Source: the human T2T-CHM13v2.0 reference genome, Homo sapiens. From it: a DNA stretch of 64,000 nucleotides. The position numbers and the translations under genes were made by a program. The notes under the pieces are model-generated. The model was not told the origin of the DNA, ran no database searches, and saw nothing but the letters and a program-made list of their open reading frames with translations. This document shows, in pieces, positions 1-15,160 of this stretch. The stretch is from the NCBI RefSeq assembly GCF_009914755.1, contig NC_060933.1; one strand, given 5' to 3'. How positions within the stretch are numbered: the first letter of the stretch is position 1; each line of letters opens with the position of its first letter.

Positions 1-231
1 TTTGTCAAGTGGCAGTACTTTGAGGGTGATGTTTCCAAGGGTGCTCCCTACCCGCCCTGCGATGGAGTCCATGTGCGCTCAGTGTGCATTTTCGGAGCTG
101 GTGACTTGAACTGGATGCTGCGCAAACACCACTTGTTTGCCAATAAGTTTGACGTGGATGTTGACCTCTTTGCCATCCAGTGTTTGGATGAGCATTTGAG
201 ACACAAAGCTTTGGAGACATTAAAACACTGA
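1..231 (+). CDS. GCNT1: C-terminal end of core 2 beta-1,6-N-acetylglucosaminyltransferase 1 (partial; start upstream of window)
   Basis: Frame +1 reads [79 protein letters not shown](229-231). It carries the GT14 family FANKFD motif and the C2GnT-L C-terminus. Confidence 0.96.
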   Translation, partial: FVKWQYFEGDVSKGAPYPPCDGVHVRSVCIFGAGDLNWMLRKHHLFANKFDVDVDLFAIQCLDEHLRHKALETLKH

Positions 232-2148
232 CCATTACGGGCAATTTTATGAACAAGAAGAAGGATACACAAAACGTACCCTTATCTGTTTCCCCTTCCT
301 TGTCAGCGTCGGGAAGATGGTATGAAGTCCTCTTTGGGGCAGGGACTCTAGTAGATCTTCTTGTCAGAGAAGCTGCATGGTTTCTGCAGAGCACAGTTAG
401 CTAGAAAGGTGATAGCATTAAATGTTCATCTAGAGTTAATAGTGGGAGGAGTAAAGGTAGCCTTGAGGCCAGAGCAGGTAGCAAGGCATTGTGGAAAGAG
501 GGGACCAGGGTGGCTGGGGAAGAGGCCGATGCATAAAGTCAGCCTGTTCAAAGTGCTCAGGGACTTAGCAAAATGAGAAGATGTGACCTGTGCCAAAACT
601 ATTTTGAGAATTTTAAATGTGACCATTTTTCTGGTATGAATAAACTTACAGCAACAAATAATCAAAGATACAATTAATCTGATATTATATTTGTTGAAAT
701 AGAAATTTGATTGTACTATAAATGATTTTTGTAAATAATTTATATTCTGCTCTAATACTGTACTGTGTAGTGTGTCTCCGTATGTCATCTCAGGGAGCTT
801 AAAATGGGCTTGATTTAACATTGTTTTTGTGTTATTTTTGCTTGAAACAACGCACACATTTTCAACAACCAAAAAATGACAATTTCTAGTTTAGTTAATT
901 TCTACAAATCATCTTATGTTATTAGCAAGGTTAAGACATCTTTTTTAAAAAAATTATAGCTTCTACCAAGAGAAACACTCAATTTTTCTAGAGATTTGCC
1001 TCTATCTTCCTTTCCTCAGTCTTCCCAGACTGCTATCAAGCTGTGTAAAAATTTACTTTCACTGGACCCTAAATTATTGTCTCTGCTATCTGACTGCCAG
1101 TAATTAGTGCAGAAAACTAAGACAGGATGATACAGGTTTGAGGGGCTGGGGAGTGGGAGGGGGGAGAAAAGGAATGTATTTAAACAATTTCCGATGCCCA
1201 TGATGAGTTTAAAAACCAGCATTGACACCATCCCCAAAATTAAGGCTGTCGCTTATTGAATCCACTTGTGTCCAACCTCCCAGGATTGTTTTATCCTAAT
1301 GTCACCTGTATATTCATTTGAAAGGACTTGGCCCTGTTCTTGGGTCTTCCCGTTACCTGCCCCCTGGGTGGTAAGTTTCCTCCTTTCTCAACCTTCCACG
1401 AGGAGGAAAGAAGTGTGCAGTCATTCCACATGGCCTGTTGGAAGGCCTGGGGAGGGAACTTTGGGTTTGGGACAGATTTTTTTTTTTGTTTTTGGTATCA
1501 TTCACAGCATACGATTTTTACTCTCTCCATCTTCACCATAAGACAGATAATTTGGGGTTGCTATAATGCTGTCACACATCTCAAAGTACATTCAAATCTT
1601 AAAAAGAAATTCTCGTACTTTTGCCATGTTGATACTGTTCAGCAAACAAGCTACCAGGAACTGTGAGGCTTTGTCATTTAGCATTAGACTTTAAACAAGA
1701 ATTAAAATCATGTGCTGTATTTTTAAAATCTAGCCAAATTAAATAGTACATGAGAAATTCAGAGTATTAGACAGTTTTAAGGCATTCAACTGAGAAAACT
1801 TTATTTGTCAAAGTCAGAAAACATTTTCATCTTATTGAGAGATATGTTTTTAAACTTTTATCATCATTTGTAAATGTGGAAGTTGGTGGATTGCTGTGTT
1901 TTTGCATGATTAGCATGGGAGTCTGTTGGAGCAAGAGGAACATGCTTGTTTTGAAAACTCGAGATGATGAGGGTGGTACATGCAGTGTGTTCTCTCTTTA
2001 TTGGCTTCTAAACCAGTTTTGTCCTTTAATGCATGTCAAATATTTCTCCCATGCTTCTCTTAGCAGAAAAGTTTTTACCTATAAGACAGGGCACCTTTTA
2101 ACTCTAAAACTAGTGATACTCAGTGACATAGACTTTGTCTTATAAACA

Positions 2149-2235
2149 TTTTTTCATTTTTTATTTTGAAAAATTGCAAATCTACAGCAAAAGTAAAACA
2201 GTAGAGTGAACACCATGTAACCCTCACCTGGTGTT
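2149..2235 (-). mobile_element. Old L1M (L1MD/ME-type) 3' end fragment in 3' UTR
   Basis: TTTTTATTTTGAAAAATTGCAAATCTACAG...GAACACCATGTAACCCTCACC resembles an antisense L1M 3' terminus. Confidence 0.5.
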
Positions 2236-2858
2236 AACATTGTACCCTATTTGCTTTAAGTTGTATGTATTTCTGAACTTGGCAAAATTGGAAATTAAAA
2301 TTTTTAAAAATTACAAATATACAAAGTTATTTATCTTAGCACATTTATTATGTGTGACTGCATCTGATTTATATTTAAATTGGCAGGTTTTGAGGGATTT
2401 TTTTCTTCATCATAAATGTAAACATAGGATTTTAGAGTCTATTTCCCCAAGCGCCACATTATAACTGTAAACTTACCATCTTCTATGTAGCTGTGATATC
2501 TCATCTTTCTAAAATGGAACTTGTTAAAAAGTGTTCAAACACTATCCCTAATGCCTGCGGCAGAATTTATATACGATCCATTCATTGGGGCTCAAAGTAT
2601 CTTTTAGACTTTTAAGGACAATTTACAGCAAATGAAATTTATGATGCTGTGACAAGAAATTTAAAGAATCAAAACGATGGTTTGAAAAGGAAACCTATGA
2701 TACATGCAGGAGAAGCAAAACCCAAGTGATTTGTGAGAAATATAGAAATTATTTAAATTACTTTATAGTAATTATTAAACACTAATTTTTGTACTGTCAT
2801 TGAAGGTGTTTTATAGAGAAATCTGAGAAATCACATTCACAAATTAGAAGTCAAACAT

Positions 2859-3184
<326 letters not shown>

Positions 3185-3488
3185 TTACATCTTTCTTACT
3201 AAGGAAAAGAGTTAATAAAAATTGTTCTTTATTTTACAGGCAGTTACTGAGGCTCTTCCCAGATCTCAGTAAACAGCCACTCAGCCTTGAAAATGGAGTG
3301 TTGTTGTTTCTAAACATATATTTATGTCATTTATTAAGTACAGTTCACTTAAATAACATAAGTAGATTTTCTCTTGTAGTGATTTGGGTAGGAAGAGGCC
3401 ATGTTTCAGTTCGTTTTCTCTGTAGGGTCGATTGAATTGGACCTTTTCAGTTGTTCAGAAAAATAAAAATAATTTCTCATATTAAATA

Positions 3489-3848
3489 CAGACGCTCCTC
3501 AACTTATGATGTGGGTAGGTCCCAGTAAACCCATTATAATTTGAAAATATCATATTGAAAATGCATTTAATATCTCTTACCTGAAATCATAACTTAGCCA
3601 AGCCTACCTTAAATGTTCTCAGAACATTTAGCCTGCAGTTGGGCAAAACCATTTAACACAAAGCCTATTTTATAATGAAGTGTTGAATAGCTCATGTTAT
3701 TTACTGAATACTGTTGTGAAAGTGAAAAACAATGATTGTATGGGTACTCAAAGTATAATTTCTACTGAATGCATATCACTTGTGCACTGTTGTAAAGCTG
3801 AAAAACCGTTAAGCCTCTACGATTTTTAAGTAAGTTGGGGACCATCAG
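3489..3848 (+). mobile_element. TcMar-Tigger non-autonomous DNA transposon (MER47A-like)
   Basis: TA|CAGACGCTCCTCAACTTATGATG ... TAAGTTGGGGACCATCAG terminal inverted repeats; ~360 bp. Confidence 0.8.
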
Positions 3849-3953
3849 TTTAAAATAAATGCAATACTATTTCATGATAAACATGGTCACTGTAAGTTTT
3901 ACTCTTTTGAATGAGGGTGCGACAGAATGCAGTTAGAATCAGTTCATATCACC

Positions 3954-3959
3954 ATTAAA
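3954..3959 (+). terminator. Candidate distal polyadenylation signal (ATTAAA)
   Basis: ATTAAA with a downstream U-rich element (TTTTTTATTCCTTTTTCTGT). An AATAAA at 3854-3859 is an alternative. Confidence 0.55.
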
Positions 3960-4929
3960 ATCATCCATTCAGAAACCAAGGCCTTGTCTGCACAAATTTT
4001 TTATTCCTTTTTCTGTTAGCAACCAGCACTCAAACGTTAAATTTGGTAGTTGATGTACTTTGTAACAAATGAGTGTGTGCAAGTAGTGATTAAAAATAAG
4101 ATTCATTCTCAAGGCACAAATGTCAGAGGGGAAGAGAGTATCTCAAAAAACAAACTAACACAGAGTATGCAAAAAGATTACTGGGAGGCTTTAGAAGTAT
4201 GCAATTGAATGGCCAGTATTGCATTCTAGGACATTAGACACTTCAACTGTGTCTACTGAAGAAAGAGAACAGTTTTCCAGTTAGTAGCATAGGTTAATAG
4301 GAGCTATCACCTGCTGTTGGTTTGAATGTGATGGGCACAGCTGAGGGAAAAGGGACCCCATGCCCCCAATATTGAGTGCCTTCTCCAGATATTGTCACAC
4401 CGGATCTATTAAACACTTCGAGGTGTTCTTTAGCCCTAAATTAGATGAAACATTCTAGAAAGTGGCAAAATTGATGAATTTCAGATTTTTCTCTAAAGCT
4501 TGAGAGCTTTACATATCCTTTATAAGCCTGCTTGTGAAAGATATTGTTTTTAATACATGCTTTAATGTTTTCAGGGCTTGTCATCAGAATATTGATACAA
4601 TTTTTTTTTAATGCAGTAGGACCCAAACTAGAAATGAATTACAACTATTGGGAAAGAAAAAACTATTGTTATTATTGCAGATGATATAATGGTCCAAGTA
4701 GAAAGCCTGGGAATCTCATCTTAGAATTAATATGAAATTAGCAAAAACCTCCAGATATCCAAAAGTTAATAGACAAAGGTAGCTTTAAGATATAATTGTA
4801 GTATATCACCATTTGTTGTCGCAACAAGCTTTGTCACATTTATAGACAGACTGAGCATGTGTGCAGAAACTATACAAAGATAACAGAAGACCTGTATAGA
4901 TGGAAAAATACACTGCTCCTAGCTGATAA

Positions 4930-5277
<348 letters not shown>

Positions 5278-5844
5278 CTATTTGTGAATTAACTGAATGC
5301 AAGTCTATTAATGTTCTCAATGGCTTGAGAGTATCCTAAATTTCATCTGAAAGATGTGCAAGAATAGGAATATTTTGAAAGGAAAGTCATGAAGTCTTAA
5401 GATACTAGATATAAAACCATATTTCACAGCTAAAAAATATTGAAAATGTACTAATAGTTTACATTTGAACCCTTAGACCAAGGCAGTAGTAGCCCCGAAA
5501 TAGATGTGAGTATAAATAAAATGTTCCAAAAATCCTAGGAACATAAGGAAGGTAAACTTTTGGAGAATACTAGATTATGGCTTTATAATGTACACCAAAA
5601 TCCAGATGAAAAATATGAAAATAAGCTAGAAGAACATACTAGTGACTATCTTTGGATGGGTGACTGAATTTTCCAAATAAAAGCAATAAGATTCATTAAG
5701 GAGCAGATTATATATTTAAAAATATATATCTTCTGAATATGAGAAAGTAAAAGGCAAATGAGATTAGAACATTTGCCTACAGATTTTGGAAGAGGGAGGC
5801 TTAATACCTTAATATGGAAATGATTTATGCTAATATTTAAAACC

Positions 5845-6150
<306 letters not shown>

Positions 6151-7384
6151 CTCATACTAACATAGTTTTTAAACATGAAGACTCCAAGAGAAAAATGAAC
6201 AAAGGATGTAACAATTCATAGAAGTACAATAAGAAATAGAAATGGCTAATATGAAAAATTATAATTCAATAAAGATGATTCAAATTAAAAGAAAATTTCT
6301 GTATCAAATTACCAGTTTTGGTGTTTGGTTTTTTAAAATATCCTTGATACTTGAGAGACCATATTGAGAAATAAGACTACATATAATGTGATCTCATTTA
6401 TGAAAAGTATTGAACAGAAAGGAGCATTCAGAATTTCCTGAAGTCACATCTTCATATTTTGAGAATGACTCCTTCCAGCTCCATAAAATTGTTGCCAAAT
6501 ATGTATTTGGAGCTTTTTCCACATATGGTTTGCCTTAGGGAGTCTTATGCTCCCCAGCCCCAGCCTTTATTTAGGGGAGGAAGGAGCCATGCTTTCTCTC
6601 CTCTCACCTACTGACAGGCATGTTTTAGATGTAACCATTAGTGCTTAGCCGTGTCAAGGTCCTATACTCTGCTTAACCTTGTAAGATAGCCCCATTGTAT
6701 ACCCACAGTGAAGAGAACCTTTTGCAGCAGTAGCCTGAATAACCAATCCTATAGGCCACTGGCACTCTCCATCTGACTACAAGAGCTGAGGATGATTAGA
6801 TTGGCAGCAGTTTTGCCTCTAGCTCCTTGGAACGTATCTATGGGATTTCATTTTCTGATATCCAATACATGTTGATTTAATTGCTTGTTAGGTGAGGGTG
6901 GCCTGTTTCCTTGAGCTGCATGCCAGTGGGAAACATATGTTCCCCTTCAGCAGGAGGACTCCAGAAGATTCATACTCTCCAGTAGCCTCCATCCGAACAT
7001 ATGACTGTGGGAGTAACTTGGATGAGCAGTATTGGTGCAGGAGGAGGATCTTGTTTAACTAGATAATTTTGTGCATTTCATATGAAGGTTTATTGACCTT
7101 TAAGATATAGAAACCGGTGTTTTTTGTTTTGTTTTGTTTTAATTTCTGCAAAACACGGATACCACTATCACTGGCTTAAACATTATTGGGTATTTATAAT
7201 TTATTTCCTTTGCCATTAGACTCATTAGTAAACGCTTCCTGGCGCAGTTAGAATTCCCTTAATTGACTTGATGCAAAGAAGATGTGTTTTCTCTTCAGGA
7301 AAGCTTTTCGTGCCCCTCCACTCAAAGGAGAATGCCCCTTTAAGTATGTTCCTCAAAGCCCACTGCGCTAATCATGGCAACAGC

Positions 7385-7510
7385 TGGCATTTGTTGAGCA
7401 TTTACTTATTGCATGTTCAAAGCACTTTGCATGTATTACCTCCTTTCACTCCATAACAACCTTGGGAATGGGCACTACTTATAAAAAATTGGCCCAATTT
7501 ACAAAAGAGC
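7385..7510 (-). mobile_element. MIR fragment
   Basis: CATTTGTTGAGCATTTACT...CATAACAACCTTGGGA...CCCAATTTACA. Confidence 0.55.
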
Positions 7511-7626
7511 AAAGAAAGGCATGAATCCATAATAAACGCTTGAAAAAATGTTTTTCTCTGATCCATTCATCTCTATTTTACCATTTTAACCATCCACCTT
7601 CTTCCCCAGAACCTGGCCTGCTGTGA

Positions 7627-7933
<307 letters not shown>

Positions 7934-7962
7934 TGCATTTCTTGTTTAAAGCAAGATGTGCT

Positions 7963-8202
7963 GGCTGGGCGCTGTGGCTCACGCCTGTAATCCCAGCACT
8001 TTTAGAGGCCAAGGCGGGCAGATCACCAGGTCAAGAGATCGAGACCATCCTGGCCAATGTGGTAAAACTCTATCTCTACTAAAATTACAAAAATCAGCTG
8101 GGCATGGTGGCGTGCGCGCCTGTAGTCCCAGCTACTCAGGAGGCTGAGGCAGGAGAATCGCTTGAACCCGGGAGGCAGAGGTTGCAGTGAGCCAAGATTC
8201 CA
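7963..8202 (+). mobile_element. AluS (Sc-like), 3'-truncated
   Basis: GGCTGGGCGCTGTGGCTCACGCC...GAGATCGAGACCATCC; ends at GAGCCAAGATT with no tail. Confidence 0.92.
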
Positions 8203-9135
8203 TAATGCCTTGAGAAATAAAAGGGATAGAAACAGAATTAATCCACTAGTCTTACTGAAACCACCCAAAGGGTGTGTGGAGAGAAAGAGGAGAGAAAGGA
8301 GGAAGAGCAGTAAGCACCAAGTGGATGAGGGCAGGCGGAAGGCAGGCTCAGGGAAAGGGGAGAAGCAGGAGAAGAGCAGGGCTTAGAAGCTATCAGAGGT
8401 TCCTTAGCAAATATGAATATACAATGAAGTATTATTATTATTGTCACCATGCTGTACATTAAATCCCCAAAACTTATTCCCTTATAACTGAAAGTTTGTA
8501 CCGATTGACCCAAATCCCCCATTTTCCCCATCCCCCCCCACGCCCAGCCGCTGGCAACCAACTTTCTACCTTTGTTTCTATGAGTTTGACTTCTTTAGAT
8601 TCCACATGTAAGTGGGGTCGTGCAATATTTGTCTGTGTCTGGCTTATTTCACTTGACAGAAAGTCTTTTAGGTTCATCCATGTTGTCATAAACAGCAGGA
8701 TTTTCTTATTTTTCATGGCCAAATAATATTCCATTGTGTACATGCATGTGTGTGTTTGTGTGTCACATTTTCTTTATCCATTTAGCCATCAACACACACT
8801 TAGGTTGTTTCCATATCTTGGTTATTGTGAGTAACGCATCAATGAACATGGGAGTGGAGAGCAGATATCCTTTTGACATACTGATTCATTTTCTTCGGTT
8901 ATATGCCTAGAAGTGGGATCGCTGGATTATGCAGTAGTTCTATTTTTTAGTTATTTGAGGAAGCTCTATACTGTTTTCCATAATGGCTGTACCAATTTAC
9001 AATCCCACCAACAGTGTTCCCAGTCCTACCACATTCTTGCCAATGCTTGTTATTATTTGACTAATACTAGCTATCCTAACAAGTGTGAGGTGATTTCTCA
9101 TTGTGGTTTTAAGCTGCATTTTCCTGATATTGAGG

Positions 9136-9317
9136 TTTTTTTCTTTTTTTTCTTTTTTTTTTTTTTAAGAAAACGGTTCTCACTCTGTCACTCAGGCTGG
9201 AGTGCAGTGGTGGCATGATCATAGCTCACTGCAGTCTCCACTTCCTAGGCTCAAGTGAGCCATCCCCCTTGGCCTCCCAAAGTCCTGGAATTACAGGCAT
9301 GAGTCACTGTGCCTGAC
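9136..9317 (-). mobile_element. AluJ, internally deleted, within L1
   Basis: Poly-T, right-arm end fused to left-arm head. Confidence 0.85.
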
Positions 9318-9718
9318 AAGCAGTTTTTAAATATATCTTTTAGCCATTTGTATGTCTTATTTGAAGAGTGTTTATTCAGGTCCTTTGTCCATTTTTTATT
9401 GGATTATTTGGGGGTTTTTGCTATTGAGTTGTATGAGTTCCTCATATATTTTGGATATTAGCCCTCTATTGGATATATGGTTTGCAAATATTTTCTCCCA
9501 TTCTGCAGATTACACTTTACTTTTGTTGACTGTTTCCCTTGCTGTGCAGAAAGTTTTTAGTTTGATGGAGTCCCCCATGTTTATTTTTGCTTTTGTTGCC
9601 TGGGCTTTGGGGCCATAATCATAAAATCTTTGCCAAGACCACTATCAAGAAAATTTTCCCCTATGTTTTCTTCTAGGATTTATTGGGTTTCATGTTTGAT
9701 GTTTAAGTCTTCCACCTG

Positions 9719-10022
<304 letters not shown>

Positions 10023-11745
10023 CTTTTACCCATTTTGAGTTGACTTTTGTGTATGGCGTAAGATGAGGGCCCAATCTAATCTTCTGCATTTGTATACCCA
10101 GTTTTCCCAGTACCACTTATTGAAGATATTGACCTTTCCCCATTGTGTGTTCTTCATACCTTGGTTGAAAGTGAGTTGGCCTTAAATGCATGGATTTGTT
10201 TTTGGGTTCTCTATTGTGTTCCGTCGGTCTATGCATCTGTTTTTATGCCAGTACTGTGCTGTTTTGTTAACTATAGCTTTATAATAAACCTTGAAATCAG
10301 GTAGTGGGATGCCTGCAGCTTTGTTTGTCCTCAGGATTAATTTGGCTATTCAGAATCTTTTGTGGTTGCATATGAATTTTAAGGTTGCTTTTTCTATTTC
10401 TATAGAAAATGTCATTGGAATTTTGATAGGAATTGCATTGAATCTATGAATTGCTTTGGGTAGTATGGACATTTTAATAATATTTGTATCCTGCAACTTT
10501 ACTAAATTTGTTTACTAGTTCTGACAGCTTTTTGGTGGAGTCATTAGGGTTTTCTATATACAGGATCATGTCATCTGCAAATTGAAACAATTTTACTTCT
10601 TTCTTTTGATTTGGATGCATTTCATTTCTTTTTCTTGCCTAATTGCTCTGGCCGGGTCTTCTGGTAGTATGTTGAATAGAAGTGGTGAGAGTGGAAATTC
10701 TTGTCTTGTTCCTAATCTTGGAAGAAAAACTTTCAGCTTTGCACCATTGAGTGTGATGTTAGCTGTGGGCTTGTCATATACGGCCTTTATTATTTTGAGG
10801 TACATTCCCTCTATACCTAATTCATTGAGAGTTTTTTAAATCACAAAACAATATTTAATTTTTTCAAATGTTCTTTCTGCATCTCTTGAGATCATCATTT
10901 TCATCCTTCATTCTGTTAATATGGTATATCACATTTATTGATGTGTGTACACTGAACCATCCTTACATCCTCATGATAAATCCCTCTTGATCATGATGTA
11001 TGATCCTTTTAACGTGTTGTTGAATTTGGTTTACTAGTATTTTGTTGAGGATTTTTACATTTATGTTCATCAGCAATGTTGACCTATAGTTTTCTTGTTT
11101 TGTAGTGTCCTTGTCTGGCTTCAGTATCTGAGCAATGCTATTCTCATAAAATGAGTTTTAGAAGTGTTATCTTTTCAATTTTTTTTGAAAGAGTTTGGGA
11201 CAAATAGATATTAATTCTTCTTTAAATATTTGTGAAGCTCTCTGGTCCTTGGCTTTTCTTTCTTGGGAGATTTTTGATTACTGATTCAGTCTCCTTATAC
11301 ATTATTGGTCTGCTGAGATTTTCTATTCTTCATAATTTAATTTTGGTAGGTGGTATGTTTCTAGTAATTTGTTCATTTCTTATAAGTTATCTAATTTATT
11401 GGCATATAATTATTCATAGTTGTCTCTTATGATCTTTTGAATTTCCGTGGTATGAGTTGTAATGTCTCTTCTTTAATTTAAAATTTTACTTGAATTCTCT
11501 CTTTTCCTAAATTAGTCTAGCCAAGGGTTTGTCGACTTTCTCTTTTCAGAAAACCAACTCTTAGTCTCATTGATCTTTCTACTGTTTTTCTATAATAGTC
11601 TCTATTTTCTCTATTTTATTTTTCCTGCTCTAATTTTTGTTATTTTCTTCCTTTGCTAACTTGAGGCTTGGCCTATTATTCTCTTACCTCCTTGAGGTAT
11701 AAAGTTAGGTTGTTTAGTTGAGATATTTCATTTTTCTTAACGTAA

Positions 11746-12056
11746 GTTTTTTGATTTTTTGCTTGTTTGTTTTTAAGACAGGGTCTTGCTCTGTTGCCCA
11801 GGCAGAAGCACAGTGATGTGATCATGGCTCACTGCAGCCTCAACCTCCTGAGCTCAAGTGATCCTTCCATCTCAGCCTCCCAAGTAACTGGGACCACAGG
11901 CAGATGCCACCATGCCCAGGTAATTTCTTAATTTTTGTACAGAGGAGGTCTCACTATGTTGCCCAGGTTTGTCTCAAACTCCTGGGCTCAAGCAATCCTC
12001 CCATCTCAGCCTCTCAAAGTGCTGGGATTACAGGCATGAGCCACCATGCTTGGCCT
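11746..12056 (-). mobile_element. AluJ within L1
   Basis: Full antisense dimer with J diagnostics. Confidence 0.93.
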
Positions 12057-12145
12057 CAATATTTGTTGCTCGTTCAGTATTTACTGCTATAAACTTCCCA
12101 GTGAAAGGAGATTTGAAGGGTGGTTTTAACCTTCTCCTTTATCTT

Positions 12146-12237
12146 AGGTGATCAATCACCTCAATTTACCCTGGACTGTGGAGGTTTCTGGGATACTGGG
12201 TTTGGGATGCTAAAATCAGAATAAGTTGGTCATCCCA
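12146..12237. mobile_element. hAT-Blackjack MITE (MER81/MER94-like)
   Basis: TAGGTGATCAA...CCCTGGACTG...GTTGGTCATCCC, with GGTGACC/GGTCACC-type termini. Confidence 0.55.
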
Positions 12238-13374
12238 TCTTTATCTTCCCCCTAAATATCCAGTATAATATACATCAGTGCTTTAAAATGGAATTTATGT
12301 TTTATGGGCATTAGCAATTCAGAAATGTGCCTGTACACAGGCAAAGGGAAAGAACAGGGGAGCCACAAATAGGCTTAGCCACATACAGGTGATACACTCA
12401 CACTTAGAGTATTGGGCACCAACAGGCGAAATTTCTGATTAAGAAGAGAATTATAACTGAGCAGAGCATTGGAGGACATCCTCTTATGGAACCTGAGAAG
12501 CCTAACCCAAACTATTTGCAGCCAGGTCACCTACCTCTGAAGGGGTCTTGGTGGATGGTTAGAAATCAGCATAAGTTTAATAAAGCTGGTTCCCGTTATC
12601 ACACATCAACACACATCCTGAATTATACCTAGCAAACTTTGCAGCTTCTACTTTGGAAAATCCTTCCACAGTCTATCCAGGTACTGAAGCTGCCAAACCG
12701 AGCAGTGTCCTTGAATGTTCCTGTCTCCTCACACCCACTTACTAAGGCCTCTCTCCTTCACAGTGACTCCGTTCACATGCTCCCGTCTTGTCATCAAGCC
12801 CTGTTCATCTCTCACCATCTCTCACCTGGACCATTGCCAGTTTCTGAGCTGCCTGCTCTTGAATACCAGCTTCCTGAAAATATCACCAAAACGATCTGGT
12901 CCTCAGACAAAGCAGAGTCTATTGCTCACTGCAGTAACAGAGAGCTCCGTCTTCAGAGTCTTGGTAACATTTCGCTGAGAGGACAACCCAATCACACTGT
13001 TTAGGAGATTTTGGATTCTGACTAAGGTGAGTCTGACAATGTGGGGTCTTGGCAAATAATCATGATGAAATAGTTTAAGATGAGAAGACACAGCAAAGTA
13101 AGGATTTTGAGGCAAAGGGTTCAAACAATCTTAGAGTATAAACTGCTTTTTATTGATGTAACTCTGAAGATGTTCCTGGAGTAAAAAAAGGAAGTTATTT
13201 GCAAATTTTACCTCCAGGGTGAGAGCTTCTGGAATAAGAAATTTCTGCTGATGAAGATCGTAAACTGTGTGGGTGTAGCTGGTTTTGCCTGTCACCTCCA
13301 TGCCTCCTATCTCAAACTCTTCCACTTCGTTAGCAACAGCAACAATAATAACAATAGTTACAATATGAGTAGCA

Positions 13375-13550
13375 GCAAATATTTAGCTCTCATTAAATGC
13401 CAAGCACTGTCCTAAGCATTTTACAAATACTGTCTCATTAAAGTTCGCCATAATCCTATGGTATTGGCACTATTTTTGTCCACATTATACAAATGTAAAC
13501 ACTGAAGCAGCTTAGAGAGGACAAGTTATTTGACCAAGTCACACAGTACC
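13375..13550 (-). mobile_element. MIR
   Basis: TGCCAAGCACTGTCCTAAGCATTTTACA...AAACACTGAAGC...AGAGAGG...CCAAGTCACACAG core. Confidence 0.75.
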
Positions 13551-14224
13551 TTCCCACTGTCAGAGTTCTATCAGAAATGAAAATTTGATAATTGCACACT
13601 CTTGCATAAACTTTTTCAAAGATTCCCTGTTGCCTAAAACATAAAAATCTTGATTTCTTCAAATGGTACACAGAACACTCCATGATCTGGCCTCAGTCCC
13701 ACCTCTCCAGTCTTCTTTATTGTATAGGTTGCTCTACCCATTCCTGGACCACACATGATGCTGTTTCACGTCTTCATGAATCGTGCTCATTTGGAGTTTT
13801 TACTCCTGGTATCTACTCATCATCCATCTAATAAAACAGTAGCCTGGGGAAACAGTCTCTTCCCTCACTTTCAGCCTGTTTGCATTGTCCCCACTTAATG
13901 TGAACTGAGAGTAAGAAGGTGCTGGGATTGTTGCACTCTCTTACAGGAAGCAGGAGAATTAACCAACACTGAGGAGAAATGGGGAGATACAAACTATCTC
14001 ATGAGGCTGTCCTGCAAGCCCTGGAGCAAGCTGAGCCCAAGCCTGTTCATTTATATCATCCAATACATTTGATTGTTTAAGGGAGAGTGATTTTTTTTTT
14101 AAGCATTTCCATCGGAAAAGGTCTTCATTCACACTGCAGTCTGTTAGAACATATTTCTTCAGGCTTTCAGACTAGAACACCCTCACCTTTCAACATTCAG
14201 CTCAGATATCACCACCTCCATGAG

Positions 14225-14530
<306 letters not shown>

Positions 14531-14674
14531 TATGAGATCTTTTCTGACCATCTGTGTCCCCCACGGCCTTACATAAATGTCCACTCTTTTCTCTGGCTTC
14601 CACAGTATCCTAGACAGAATTAATCACCATCATCTAAAATAGGCCATTGAACTTACTTGTGCACATATGTGTGA

Positions 14675-14785
14675 TTTTTTTTTAAATCAACTTTATTTTT
14701 TAGAGCAGTTTTAAGTTCACAGCAAAATTAAGTGAAAAGTACAGAGAATTTCCATATTCCCATATACCCTCTACCTTTCCTGTCC
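14675..14785 (-). mobile_element. L1M 3' terminal fragment
   Basis: ACTTTATTTTTTAGAGCAGTTTTAAGTTCACAGCAAAATTAAGTGAAAAGTACAGAGA. Confidence 0.8.
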
Positions 14786-14833
14786 CCAATTAATATTGGG
14801 GGATAATAGAAATATCCCCAATTACCTCCCCAC

Positions 14834-15106
14834 TTTTATTTATTTATTGAGATGGAGTCTTGCTCTGTCACCCAGGCTGGAGTGCAGTGGCGCCATCTCA
14901 GCTCACTGCAACCCCTGTCTCCTGGGTTCAAGTGGTTCTCCTGCCTCAGGCATGCGCCACAACGCCTGGGTAATTTTTGTGTCTTTAGTATAGATGGGGT
15001 TTCACCGTGTTGGCCAGGCTGGTCTTGAACTCCTTACCTCAGGTGATCTGCCCACCTCAGCCTCTCAATGTGCTGGGATTACAGGCGTGAGCCACCGCGC
15101 CCAGCC
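14834..15106 (-). mobile_element. AluS with small deletion
   Basis: Antisense dimer. Confidence 0.93.
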
Positions 15107-15160
15107 ATTGCTGCTACTTTTAATGGCAAAACCCACAATTACTTTTGCACCAACCTAATA
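15107..15160. mobile_element. MADE1 (Hsmar1 MITE), one arm only
   Basis: TACTTTTAATGGCAAAACCCACAATTACTTTTGCACCAACCTAATA is the Hsmar1 TIR plus TA. Confidence 0.88.

Noticed and set aside
5-394. 129-aa minus-strand ORF overlapping the GCNT1 C-terminus
   Set aside because: Antisense shadow of the real plus-strand CDS, with no recognisable domain.
6440-7050. Compositionally distinct block that might be old ERV internal sequence or an exon
   Set aside because: No motif, ORF or splice structure that I can support by eye; it needs a Dfam/BLAST search.
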